Shown here one piece after another: positions 18,659 to 27,806 of a stretch of 64,000 bases of DNA. Source of the DNA: Gemmatimonas sp. (GTDB taxonomy: Bacteria; Gemmatimonadota; Gemmatimonadetes; Gemmatimonadales; Gemmatimonadaceae); the NCBI GenBank assembly GCA_965279375.1, contig OZ257156.1, forward strand, positions 1,088,001 to 1,152,000. The letters are read 5' to 3'. The stretch's first letter is position 1, and every line of letters begins with the position of its first letter. The translations under genes and the position numbers were made by a program. The notes under the pieces were generated by a model. That model saw nothing but the letters and a program-made list of their open reading frames with translations. It did not search any database and was not told the DNA's origin.

Positions 18659-19219
18659 ATGCCCCCCGCTGTTCTCACTCGCGAAGAAGTCGTTGCCCGT
18701 GTCATGGCGGTCGTCCGTCGTCAGGGGTACGACGGTGCCTCGATCTCCGAGCTTTCCAAGGCGACTGGGCTCGGTAAGTCGAGTCTGTACCATCACTTCC
18801 CCGACGGGAAGGATGACATGGTCGGGGCGGTCATTGGCTCGCTCGAGGCGTCGCTCGAAGCGTCCGTCTTCGCGCCGCTCCGGGCCACAGGAACGCCAAG
18901 CGATCGCATCCTCGCCATGAATCGTTCGCTGGAAGCGTTCTACGACAACGGGCGAGAGGCGTGCGTGCTCGCCATCCTCGGCATTGGCGATTCGTCGCGG
19001 CGCTTTCACCCGCGGGTCAAACAGCTTTTCCGATCGTGGATCGCCGCGATTGCCTGCGCTATCGAAGACAGTGGAGTTTCGCCGGAGCTCGCGCGAGCCC
19101 GCGCCGTGGACGCGCTGGTTCGCATCGAGGGCGCGCTGGTTCTGGCCAGATCGCTCGAGGAACCCGCCATTTTTGGGCGGACGCTGGACGCCCTCCCAAA
19201 CGAGCTGCTGGAGCCCTGA
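18659..19219 (+). CDS. TetR/AcrR family regulator (LmrA/NemR-like)
   Basis: GYDGASISEL..ATGLGKSSLYHHFPDGKDD HTH; GGAGAGG RBS. Confidence 0.93.
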   Translation: MPPAVLTREEVVARVMAVVRRQGYDGASISELSKATGLGKSSLYHHFPDGKDDMVGAVIGSLEASLEASVFAPLRATGTPSDRILAMNRSLEAFYDNGREACVLAILGIGDSSRRFHPRVKQLFRSWIAAIACAIEDSGVSPELARARAVDALVRIEGALVLARSLEEPAIFGRTLDALPNELLEP

Positions 19220-19264
19220 GGCTCGCCGGCGGTCCCCCTTGCGAATATCCGACAGACTTTCTAT

Positions 19265-19284
19265 TGTACCGAACGTTCGGTACA
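19265..19284. promoter_or_regulatory. Perfect 20-bp palindrome, TetR operator
   Basis: TGTACCGAACGTTCGGTACA is its own reverse complement; 35 nt upstream of the AhpD-like ATG. Confidence 0.85.
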
Positions 19285-19319
19285 CACTAGAGGGTCACCC
19301 GCTTACGGAGATCAGCACC

Positions 19320-19865
19320 ATGCCACGCATTCAGCCTGTCGACACCACGACGATCACTGGCGTCGCCGCCGACCAGTTGGCCGCCACCAAGAAGATGTTC
19401 GGTTCGGCGCCAAACATGTTCACCACGGCCGCGCAATCGCCCGCCACAATCACGGCGCTCAACGGCTTCTTCGCTGCCATGGGCAAGTCGGCGCTGGGCG
19501 GGAAGATCGGAGAACAGGTGGCCGTCGCCATCGCACAATCCAACGGCTGCGAGTACTGCCTCTCCGCGCACACCGCGATCGGTGGTATGCACGGGGTCAG
19601 CGCCGCCAACCTGACCTCCGCTCGCGCTGGTCGCTCCGACGACCCCAAGGCGCAGGCGGCGATCACTCTCGCGCTGGAAATCGTCGCCACGAAGGGACGG
19701 GTCTCCGATGCCGCCCTGGCAGCAGCGCGCCTCGCGGGACTGGGCGATGGCGAGATCGTCGAGGTGCTCGGTCACGTCGCCCTCAACATCTTCACCAACT
19801 ACTTGAACAACCTCGCCGGCACCGACGTGGATTTCCCGCGGGTTCCGCTCGAGCAGGCAGCCTAG
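19320..19865 (+). CDS. AhpD/carboxymuconolactone decarboxylase-like peroxidase-related protein
   Basis: EQVAVAIAQSNGCEYCLSAH motif; N(I)FTNY.N....T.VDFP end. Confidence 0.92.
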   Translation: MPRIQPVDTTTITGVAADQLAATKKMFGSAPNMFTTAAQSPATITALNGFFAAMGKSALGGKIGEQVAVAIAQSNGCEYCLSAHTAIGGMHGVSAANLTSARAGRSDDPKAQAAITLALEIVATKGRVSDAALAAARLAGLGDGEIVEVLGHVALNIFTNYLNNLAGTDVDFPRVPLEQAA

Positions 19866-19869
19866 CGTC

Positions 19870-20514
19870 ATGAGCCTCTCCCTCGGGCAACTCTGGCGCT
19901 ACCCCGTCAAATCCATGGCCGGCGAGCGAGTCGACCGCGCGTCGCTCACCCCGCTGGGTGTACCCGGCGATCGCCTGGTCTGGGTTCGCGGTCCCGAGGG
20001 AGTGCGCACGGCGCGCCGCCAGTTCAAGCTCCTGGGACTGCGCGGCACGGTGTCGCCAGAAGGCGGGGTGCTCGTGAACGGCCATCCATGGGACTCAGCC
20101 GACGCGCTCGCGCTCGTTCGGGAAGCTGCCGGCGACGACGCATGGTTGGAGCGCGCGCCGACGGGTCATCAGTTCGACATTCTGCCGTTGCTGGTCGCCA
20201 CGGATGGCGCGGTTTCAGCGTTCGGTCGCGACGTTCGGCGGCTCCGGCCCAATCTTCTCATCAACGGAGTCGACGGCATGGATGAGACCACATGGGAAGG
20301 CGCCACCCTCACCATCGGCGAGGCCCGCATCAAGCTTGACTCGCTCCGTGCGCGCTGCCCGATGACCACGGTCGATCCAGACTCTATCACCCGAGACAGC
20401 GAGGTGCTCAAAGACATCGGCCGACGGTTCGGAGGCAAACTTGCGCTCAACGCCGCGGTGATGCACGGTGGCGAAGTCTCGGTTGGCGCCCCCGTGCGAT
20501 TCCAGCGGGGCTGA
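19870..20514 (+). CDS. MOSC domain protein
   Basis: LWRYPVKSMAGE, GDR, RRLRPNL, ARCPMTT. Confidence 0.92.
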   Translation: MSLSLGQLWRYPVKSMAGERVDRASLTPLGVPGDRLVWVRGPEGVRTARRQFKLLGLRGTVSPEGGVLVNGHPWDSADALALVREAAGDDAWLERAPTGHQFDILPLLVATDGAVSAFGRDVRRLRPNLLINGVDGMDETTWEGATLTIGEARIKLDSLRARCPMTTVDPDSITRDSEVLKDIGRRFGGKLALNAAVMHGGEVSVGAPVRFQRG

Positions 20515-20522
20515 CCCGCGGC

Positions 20523-20581
20523 CCGCATCGCTACCGCATCGCTACCGCATCGCTACCGCATCGCTACCGCATCGCTACCGC
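20523..20581. repeat. 11-bp tandem repeat (CCGCATCGCTA) x5.4
   Basis: Five exact copies plus CCGC, filling the gap between convergent stops. Confidence 0.97.
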
Positions 20582-21642
20582 TTGATCCGCCCGCCCCCTT
20601 CACCCGCCAGCAACGCATCCACCTCAGCCGCCGGTACGCGATTGAAATCGCCCGGTATCGTGTGCTTGAGGCACGAGGCCGCCGTCGCGAACTCCAGCGC
20701 CGCCGCATGCGAGCGTCCCGTGACCAACGCGTACAACAGCCCAGCGGCAAAGGCGTCGCCGGTGCCTACGCGATCGACAACATCCTCGATCTCGTAGCGC
20801 GCGCTCACATGGTACGCCTCACGATCCAGCGCGCACGCTGACCATCCGTAGTGCGCCGCGCTGTTGCCGTCGCGCAGCGTGATGACCTGCATGCGCATGT
20901 TCGGAAACTCGTCCAGCACCTGCTGCGCCACGTCGCGAAACCACGCGTGATCGATCGCGCCCGACGGTGGCGCGCTCTTCGGCACAATGCCCAACATCTC
21001 CTGACAGTCGGAGCGCCCCGCGATACCGATGTCCGCATACGACACGATCTCGCGCATCACTTCGGGCGGACGCTTGCCGTAGCCCCACAATGACGCGCGA
21101 TGGTTATAGTCGCAGCTCACCGTCACACCCAACCGCCGCGCCGCCTGCACACCCTCGAGCGTCAGCGCGGCCGCAGACGCACTGATCGCCGGCGTGATGC
21201 CGCTCAGATGAAACCACGTGGCTCCGTCGAGTGCCCGTTCCCAGTCGATCGCGCCGGGGCCGGCCACGGCCAGCGTGGAATCGGCGCGGTCGTACAACAC
21301 GCGGCTCGCCCGATGCCCAGCGCCCGCCTCGAGATAGTAGGTGCCCAATCGACCGGGCGTCCGCACGGTGCGCGAGACATCCACGCCGTACCGCCGCAAC
21401 TCGCCCAGCCCTGCCTCGGCCAGCACGTTCTCCGGTGCTACGGTCACGAACGACGTGGCAATCCCGTCCGACGCGAGGGCGACGGCGACGTTCGCCTCGG
21501 CGCCGCCAAACGTCGCTTCCAGCGTCGCCGACTGCATCAGCCGCTCATTCCCTGGCGCCTTGAGCCGAAGCAAAAGCTCGCCGTACGCCACCACGTGCGG
21601 CACACGTTGGGAGTGGCTCTTCGATTCGTTTGCGGTACCCAT
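20575..21642 (-). CDS. kdgK: 2-keto-3-deoxygluconate kinase (PfkB family)
   Basis: YGELLLRL, FGGAEANVA, FHLSGITPA, DYNHR..LW, DRVGTGDAFAAG, LKHTIPGD; TGATG coupling with eda. Confidence 0.9.
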   Translation of the reverse strand: MGTANESKSHSQRVPHVVAYGELLLRLKAPGNERLMQSATLEATFGGAEANVAVALASDGIATSFVTVAPENVLAEAGLGELRRYGVDVSRTVRTPGRLGTYYLEAGAGHRASRVLYDRADSTLAVAGPGAIDWERALDGATWFHLSGITPAISASAAALTLEGVQAARRLGVTVSCDYNHRASLWGYGKRPPEVMREIVSYADIGIAGRSDCQEMLGIVPKSAPPSGAIDHAWFRDVAQQVLDEFPNMRMQVITLRDGNSAAHYGWSACALDREAYHVSARYEIEDVVDRVGTGDAFAAGLLYALVTGRSHAAALEFATAASCLKHTIPGDFNRVPAAEVDALLAGEGGGRIKR

Positions 21643-22280
21643 CAAACGGTCCCCGCGGTGGAGAGCTCGGCGACGGTGGCTTCGACCTCTGCACGCACCT
21701 TGTCGAACTCACCCGCCTGAAGCCACGCCGCCGGCGCCATCCACGACCCGCCGCAGGCAATCACGCGCCCGGTCGCCATGTATCGCGCGACCATGTCACG
21801 CCGGATGCCGCCGGTCGGAATGAACTCCACGTCGCGATAAACCCCGCCAATCGCTTCGATGAACTTGGCCCCACCCACCACCTCGGCGGGAAAGAACTTC
21901 ACCACACGCAGCCCCAACGATCGAGCCTGTTCGATCTCGGTCGGCGTGCAGACGCCCGGGTAGATGGGCACCCCGATCTTCTGACAGTAGGTCACCACCG
22001 CCGGGTTGAGCCCGGGGGAGACGATGAACTGCGCCCCCGCATCCACCGCCTGCTGTGCCTGCTCCGGCGACAGGACCGTACCGGCGCCCACCAGCACATC
22101 GGGCCGCTCCGTCGCGATCCGCCGAATCGACTCGACGGCCGCATCCGTCCGAAATGTCACTTCGGCGATCGGCATCCCACCCGCCGCCAGCGCATCCGCC
22201 AGCGGTACGGCATCCCCCGCCCGTTCCAGGACAATCACGGGTAGGACCCGCACTCGGCGGAGTGTGTCTAAAGCGTTCAT
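21642..22280 (-). CDS. eda: KDPG/KHG aldolase
   Basis: EVTFRT, VGAGTV, FIVSPG, TPTEI, VKFFPA, PTGGI, GGSW. Confidence 0.96.
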   Translation of the reverse strand: MNALDTLRRVRVLPVIVLERAGDAVPLADALAAGGMPIAEVTFRTDAAVESIRRIATERPDVLVGAGTVLSPEQAQQAVDAGAQFIVSPGLNPAVVTYCQKIGVPIYPGVCTPTEIEQARSLGLRVVKFFPAEVVGGAKFIEAIGGVYRDVEFIPTGGIRRDMVARYMATGRVIACGGSWMAPAAWLQAGEFDKVRAEVEATVAELSTAGTV

Positions 22281-22328
22281 CGGCGAACTGATATTTGGTG
22301 TGATGGAATGTGGCCCTGTCGGGCACTG

Positions 22329-22985
22329 CTATCGTGAAGCACCTGAGGCGCGCTTGGCCCAGGCCTGCTGCAGCACTGGCTTGATGACCTTGCTGAACTC
22401 CACGTACGCCGGCGCCAGGAAATGCAAACTGTGCGGGCGATAGAGCTCCCCGCGCGGATTGCCCGCGGCATCAATGAGGACCGGGTTCAGGTCGATCGCT
22501 CGCATATAGCCGGCGCGCGCAGCGACATACCGACGGACGGCAGCGTTGGCGGAATCCACAACGGCCCAGCGAGCGCGCTTGTCCGGGGCCTTCTGGATAT
22601 CAACGTAGAATAGCTGAGCACCGGGTAGCGCCTCGTGTGCCCGATCGAAGAACGCCTCGACCGGAAGCGGTGCCATCTGCTCTGCAAGATTTTCCCATTG
22701 CCGAAAAATGCTAGATCCGATGAACAAGATCCCATTCTTCGGCGGAGGCGTCGCCAGATCGACGTCGAGAAAAGCCTGTATCTCCTTGTCGTACTTGATG
22801 CTCTGCCCGTCCGGGACATACGCCGGCTTGGGCGCGACCGCCGCTGCTCCCGGGACGACGGACTGCTGCGCCGAGGCCGGTAAAGCCGCTAATAGCGAGG
22901 CGAAGAGGCCCGCAACGCAAAGCCGCGACCGAGACGACCTCATTCGACGAGCACCGCGTTCTCCATGTTGGAACAGAGAAATCAT
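22329..22985 (-). pseudogene. SGNH/GDSL lipase-like gene with apparent in-frame internal deletion
   Basis: Has block I LFIGSS but APLPV joins directly to EAFFDR with no block II (NRxFGG) or block III (GxND); block V reads HSLH rather than DxLH. Confidence 0.65.
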
Positions 22986-22992
22986 CGATCGC

Positions 22993-24237
22993 TCACGGCG
23001 TGAAGAGTCCGATGAACAGCTGACAGAAGAGCGCGCCAGCGACGGTCATGCTGAAGCCCCACAACAGCAGACTCCGGAAGAGCTTCTTGGAGTCCTCGCC
23101 CGCCGGGATGGCCGCAATGCACAGCGCGCCGATCGTGGACAGCGGCGAGACGTCCACGATTGCTGCCCCGATATTAATGCTGAGCGCGATCTGCAAGGGA
23201 TTGCCGCCACCAAGCTTCTGCACCAGCCCAGGCACCGCCGGCAGGAACGCCGGATAGACCACGCCGGAGGTCGAGCTGTAGGTCGAGATTAGTCCGGTGA
23301 CGAACGCTATCGTGCCGTTCACCGTGTTGGGTGTGGCGATTTGCGCGAGCATCGTGGTGAAGAGATCCATGCCGCCCGTCTTCTCGAGCACGCCGATCAG
23401 CACACTCACGCCGCATACCATCAGAATCACCGCCCACGGCACCGACTTCACCATCGCCGAATCGTCGCCAAGTCCGGTGAACACCAGAACGCTGGCCGCG
23501 GCAAACGCCGCCAATCCGGGATTCACCTTCCAGACGATGACCGCCGCAATCCACGCGGCACCCACGGCGAGCGTGAGCAGATGTCGTCGTTCGAACGGCG
23601 CGGTGACTTCAGTCGTCTCGATCCGCCCACCCTTGAGCAGCGCCGGACCGCCGAACAACGACCACGCCGCCAGCGCCGCCAGCGCGTGCGCCGCGAAGTT
23701 GGCCGCCAGGACCGAGCCCGCGTGCCCCCCCAATCCTGCCTTCGCCATCAGCGTCTGCACGATCGCGCCCACCGCTGAGATGGGCGATAGGTTACCCGCG
23801 TTCGCACCGTTGCCGACCATCAGGGCCGTCAGCAGCACCGGCACCTTGGCCCGAGCGGCAATCCCCATCGCCAACGGCGCCAGCAGCGCCACCGTGGCGA
23901 TCGCGCCCGGCCCGCAGGTAGAGATCACGCACGCGAGACAGAAGAAAAGAAGCGGCAACATCGCAGCACTTCCGCGACACAATCGAACCGCTGAATGCGT
24001 TACGGACGCCATCGTGCCATTTGTCTGCGCGATGCCGAACAGCAACGTGACACCCAGCAGCGTGAGGAATAGCGAAGACGGAAACGTCGCCATCAGCGCG
24101 TCGACCTTCCAGCCCGCGCCGTAGAGCCCGATCGGCCAAGCCAGGGCCACGGCCAGCACGCCGACATTGATGCGCGACGTCAGGCTGGCGCCGATCACGA
24201 GCAGCAGCGCCAGCAGCGACAGGACGGCCGGGCTCAT
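22993..24237 (-). CDS. MatC-like dicarboxylate (malonate) carrier, IT/SLC13 superfamily
   Basis: INVGVLA..FPSSLFLTLLGVTLLF.IAQ.NGT N-terminus; SPISAVG; VDVSPLST.GAL; coupled to the acyl-CoA synthetase. Confidence 0.8.
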   Translation of the reverse strand: MSPAVLSLLALLLVIGASLTSRINVGVLAVALAWPIGLYGAGWKVDALMATFPSSLFLTLLGVTLLFGIAQTNGTMASVTHSAVRLCRGSAAMLPLLFFCLACVISTCGPGAIATVALLAPLAMGIAARAKVPVLLTALMVGNGANAGNLSPISAVGAIVQTLMAKAGLGGHAGSVLAANFAAHALAALAAWSLFGGPALLKGGRIETTEVTAPFERRHLLTLAVGAAWIAAVIVWKVNPGLAAFAAASVLVFTGLGDDSAMVKSVPWAVILMVCGVSVLIGVLEKTGGMDLFTTMLAQIATPNTVNGTIAFVTGLISTYSSTSGVVYPAFLPAVPGLVQKLGGGNPLQIALSINIGAAIVDVSPLSTIGALCIAAIPAGEDSKKLFRSLLLWGFSMTVAGALFCQLFIGLFTP

Positions 24238-25754
24238 TGGCCGACCGTCGGCGCAGCGCCGGTAGTCGCCGGCGTCGGCTCGGGAGTCCAGGGTGGCAGC
24301 AGGTGCTTTTGGACCTTGCCAAGCGCCGTGCGCGAGAGCGCCGGCACGCGCACGTAGCCGCGGGGCAGCTTGAACGACGCCAGCTGCGTGCGCAGGTGGG
24401 CGTCGATCGCCGCTGCATCGATTTCAGCGTCCGTGACCAGATAGGCCAGCGGGACTTCGCCGCGCTTGGGGTCGGCAATGCCAACCACCGCCGCCTCGCG
24501 CACGCCGGGCAGCTCGGTGAGCAGCTCCTCGATTTCGCGTGGGTAGATATTGAAGCCGCCCGAGATGATCAGGTCGCTGCGTCGCCCTTCGAGCGTGATG
24601 TACCCGTCCGCCGATCGCACCCCGACGTCGCCCGTGCGAAACCAGCCGTCCACGAACGACGCCGCGGTCGCATCGGGGCGGCGCCAGTAGCCGTCGCAGA
24701 CATTGGGGCCGCGCACCCACAGTTCGCCGCTCGTGCCGTCGGGGAGCTCCATCCCCGCTTCGTCGCGAATGCGAATGCTGGTGGCGGGCAACGATAGCCC
24801 CACCGTACCCGCCTTTCGCTCGCCGACGTACGGGTTGCTCGCGTTCATGAGTGTTTCGGTCATCCCGTAGCGCTCGAGGATCACGTGGCCGAATCGAGCG
24901 TCGAACGCTTCCAGCACATGGGCCGGCAGCGGCGCCGATCCCGACACGAACAGCCGCGCGCGGGCACCGATCGTCTTCGCCGCCGCCTCGGGCACGTCGA
25001 GCAGTCGCACGTACATCGTCGGCACACCGAAGAAGACCGTGGGCTGATACCGCTCGAACCAGTCGACCGCTCGTTCGTGCTCGAACCGTTCGACCAGCTT
25101 CATGTGGCAACCGCTCACCAACCAGCAGTGAATGCCGTTGGCCAGGCCGTGCACATGGAATAGCGGCAGCGTCGCGAGGTAGCGATCGGACTCCGAGAAA
25201 CTCCAACCGGTGACCAATGCCAGCGCGTTTGCCGCAAAGTTGCCGTGGGTGAGCACCGCGCCCTTGGATGCGCCCGTGGTCCCGGAGGTGTACACGAGGG
25301 CGGCGGGCGTCGAGGCGTCGGAGAGCTGCTGTGGTCGTTCCGCCGGATGCGCCGCGCACTCCGCTGTCAGGACATCGATGTCCCAACAGACCACGCCATC
25401 AGGGAACGCCGACGCCTGCGCCGCCGTCGTCACCACCGCTGTCGGATCGGCATCGGTGACGATGTGCCGGATCTCGCGCTCGCGGTACAGGATGTTGATG
25501 GGCATCGCGATGACGCCGAGCTTCACGCACGCGAGCCACAGATCGATGAACTCGATGCGATTGACCAGGTAGATCCCCAGGCGCGCGCCGGCGGTCAGTC
25601 CACGTGCCGCGAGCAGCTGCGCCATTCGATCGCTGCGTGCATCGAGATCACCGAAGGTCAGCTCGGTGATCTGTCCGGCGGCGTCCTCATATTCGAGAGC
25701 GAGGCGCTCGCGCCGACCGATGAGCGAAAGATCGAAGAGATTCAGGAGGGACAT
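24234..25754 (-). CDS. matB: Acyl-CoA synthetase, MatB (malonyl-CoA synthetase)-like
   Basis: YTSGTTGASKG, LPLFHVHGL, FFGVPTMY, ERYGMTE, WFRTGD, IISGGFNIYP, GKVQK. Confidence 0.75.
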   Translation of the reverse strand: MSLLNLFDLSLIGRRERLALEYEDAAGQITELTFGDLDARSDRMAQLLAARGLTAGARLGIYLVNRIEFIDLWLACVKLGVIAMPINILYREREIRHIVTDADPTAVVTTAAQASAFPDGVVCWDIDVLTAECAAHPAERPQQLSDASTPAALVYTSGTTGASKGAVLTHGNFAANALALVTGWSFSESDRYLATLPLFHVHGLANGIHCWLVSGCHMKLVERFEHERAVDWFERYQPTVFFGVPTMYVRLLDVPEAAAKTIGARARLFVSGSAPLPAHVLEAFDARFGHVILERYGMTETLMNASNPYVGERKAGTVGLSLPATSIRIRDEAGMELPDGTSGELWVRGPNVCDGYWRRPDATAASFVDGWFRTGDVGVRSADGYITLEGRRSDLIISGGFNIYPREIEELLTELPGVREAAVVGIADPKRGEVPLAYLVTDAEIDAAAIDAHLRTQLASFKLPRGYVRVPALSRTALGKVQKHLLPPWTPEPTPATTGAAPTVGQ

Positions 25755-25765
25755 GGGCGGCTAAG

Positions 25766-26239
25766 CTATCGCAGCCCCAGCTCTCCGGCGATGGCGCGAA
25801 TGCCATCCACGTGCAGGCCGTCCTCCTCGAAAACAAGCACGCCCACGAGCGCGCGGGACACGTCATCCGGCAGTCGATCGGCGCGAAACGCCTGAATCAC
25901 GGGCCCCTGCGACATCGCGGCGCTGAGCCGAGTGTGCGACCACTCCGGGTCGAGCGTCGGTTCGCTGTCGAAGCCGTGCGCGAGGACATGCGAGATCATG
26001 CGCGCCGCCACGCCGCGGTAGACGAGCGTGGGCACGTCGCCCCCGAAGCTTCGTTCGAAGAGGACTTGCCACGCCATCGGACGTGCGCCTTGCGAGCGGA
26101 CACCTTTCGCAACGACGACACGTGGACGCGTGGCCACGACGTGCATGCGAGAGACCGCGTCCTGCAGATCCGCGAGGATGCGCGCGTCTCGCGGTGCGCT
26201 GGACGACGGTGCGGGGACTTCCGGATTCGATTCTGACAT
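25766..26239 (-). CDS. Hypothetical protein
   Basis: 157-aa ORF co-oriented with and 11 nt upstream of the matB-like gene; no recognisable motif. Confidence 0.55.
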   Translation of the reverse strand: MSESNPEVPAPSSSAPRDARILADLQDAVSRMHVVATRPRVVVAKGVRSQGARPMAWQVLFERSFGGDVPTLVYRGVAARMISHVLAHGFDSEPTLDPEWSHTRLSAAMSQGPVIQAFRADRLPDDVSRALVGVLVFEEDGLHVDGIRAIAGELGLR

Positions 26240-26414
26240 GCCACACAATCTTCTCGCACGACCGTCTGGCAGCCATAGCGGCCTGCCGACTTTCGGCACC
26301 GCGTGGAGCGGAACGGAGACTTTAAGGCACCGATCGCTCCTTCTGTCCCATCCCACACCCCGTTCGCCACAAAGCAGCTGACGCGGCGACCGCGCCGCAC
26401 CGAACTTCCCCAAC

Positions 26415-26924
26415 ATGACCTTTCATTCATCGCTCGTGCTCGCGCTGCTGGCCATGGGCGCCCTTCGCTCTCGGCCATCACCGCGGATGGCCCCGATCAC
26501 CGAGACTCGTCGTCACGCCGACGTCGCCCGACTGACGTGGATGGCCGGATGCTGGATGCATCGGTCGGGCACACGAACCATCGAGGAGCAGTGGATGCTG
26601 CCGATGGGAGGATCCCTGATTGGGATGGGTCGGACGGTGGATGGCGGGGTGCTGCGCGAGTGGGAAGCGCTCCGCATCGTCAGTCAGAACGACAAGGCCG
26701 ACTACATCGCCCAGCCGAACGGCGGCAGTCCGACGCGCTTTGCCGAGGTGGTCACGAACGACAGCGTAGCCGTCTTCGAGAATCCGACGCACGACTTTCC
26801 TCAGCGCATCGCGTATCGTCGAGTGCACGCCGACTCGATCATCGCCACAATCTCCGCCGTGCGCGACGGACGTTCCCGTGGGATGGAGATCCCGATGGGT
26901 CGCGTGCGCTGCGGCGGCGCGTAG
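26415..26924 (+). CDS. Exported DUF6265-like protein
   Basis: L.WMAGCW..EEQW.P.GG..GMGRT..FENPTHDFPQRI.Y. Confidence 0.85.
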   Translation: MTFHSSLVLALLAMGALRSRPSPRMAPITETRRHADVARLTWMAGCWMHRSGTRTIEEQWMLPMGGSLIGMGRTVDGGVLREWEALRIVSQNDKADYIAQPNGGSPTRFAEVVTNDSVAVFENPTHDFPQRIAYRRVHADSIIATISAVRDGRSRGMEIPMGRVRCGGA

Positions 26925-27014
26925 TCTCAACGCCGCTGCGCGGCCGAGCATTCGTCTGCATCTTGCCGCAGCGTTCTTGCGCGACGGCGTCTTCACTTCG
27001 TCCAACCGTTCGGC

Positions 27015-27806
27015 ATGCTCACTCGCATACTCGTTGTCGACGACGAGCCCCTCGCCCGCGAGCGCCTGAGCGTCCTTGTCGGCGCGCGGGCCATCGACGC
27101 GGAGATCCGTGAGGCCGCGAGCGGCGAGTCGGCAATCGCGATGATCGAAGCGTGGGCACCACAGCTGGTGTTTCTCGACATCGAGATGCCGGACGGCACC
27201 GGGCTCGAAGTGGTGGCGCGCGTCGGCGCGCACAACATGCCGTGCACCGTGTTCACCACAGCCCATGACGAATTCGCCGTGAACGCGTTCGATCTGGCGG
27301 CGGTGGACTATCTCCTCAAGCCGTTCGACGAGGCGCGCTTCGACCGGGCGTGGAGGCGGGCACTCGAGCGCCAAACGCGCGAGGCGATTGTCGCGCAGGC
27401 ACGCCGTCTGGGAGATCTTGCGTCGGCCTTTCCCGAGACTGCGCCGGAACCACGACCGTCGGCGCCTCGCTACATCGATCGGCTGGTGGTGAAGCAGGAG
27501 CAGCGCACGGTCGTGGTCATGCTGAGCGACGTGCAGTGGTTCGAGGCGGACGGCAACTATGTCGTGCTGCACGCGGGACGGGAGACATATCAGGTGCGCG
27601 ACTCACTCACGAGTCTGGAGACTCGCCTCGACCCGGCGCGGTTTGTACGCATCCACCGTCAGACGATCGTGGACATGCGCGCGATGAAGGAGATTCAGCC
27701 GTGGTTCGGCGGTGATCAGATGATGATCCTGCGCAATGGCCAACGGCTGAAGGTGAGTCGCAATCTCCGGGCGGCGGTCGCCAAGCGCATCGCTGGCGAA
27801 TGGTGA
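27015..27806 (+). CDS. LytTR family response regulator
   Basis: VDDEPLAR, FLDIEMP, YLLKPF; EADGNYV, FVRIHRQ, VSR. Confidence 0.96.
   Translation: MLTRILVVDDEPLARERLSVLVGARAIDAEIREAASGESAIAMIEAWAPQLVFLDIEMPDGTGLEVVARVGAHNMPCTVFTTAHDEFAVNAFDLAAVDYLLKPFDEARFDRAWRRALERQTREAIVAQARRLGDLASAFPETAPEPRPSAPRYIDRLVVKQEQRTVVVMLSDVQWFEADGNYVVLHAGRETYQVRDSLTSLETRLDPARFVRIHRQTIVDMRAMKEIQPWFGGDQMMILRNGQRLKVSRNLRAAVAKRIAGEW

Noticed and set aside
20523..20581. Possible CRISPR array
   Set aside because: 11-bp contiguous units with no spacers and no cas genes
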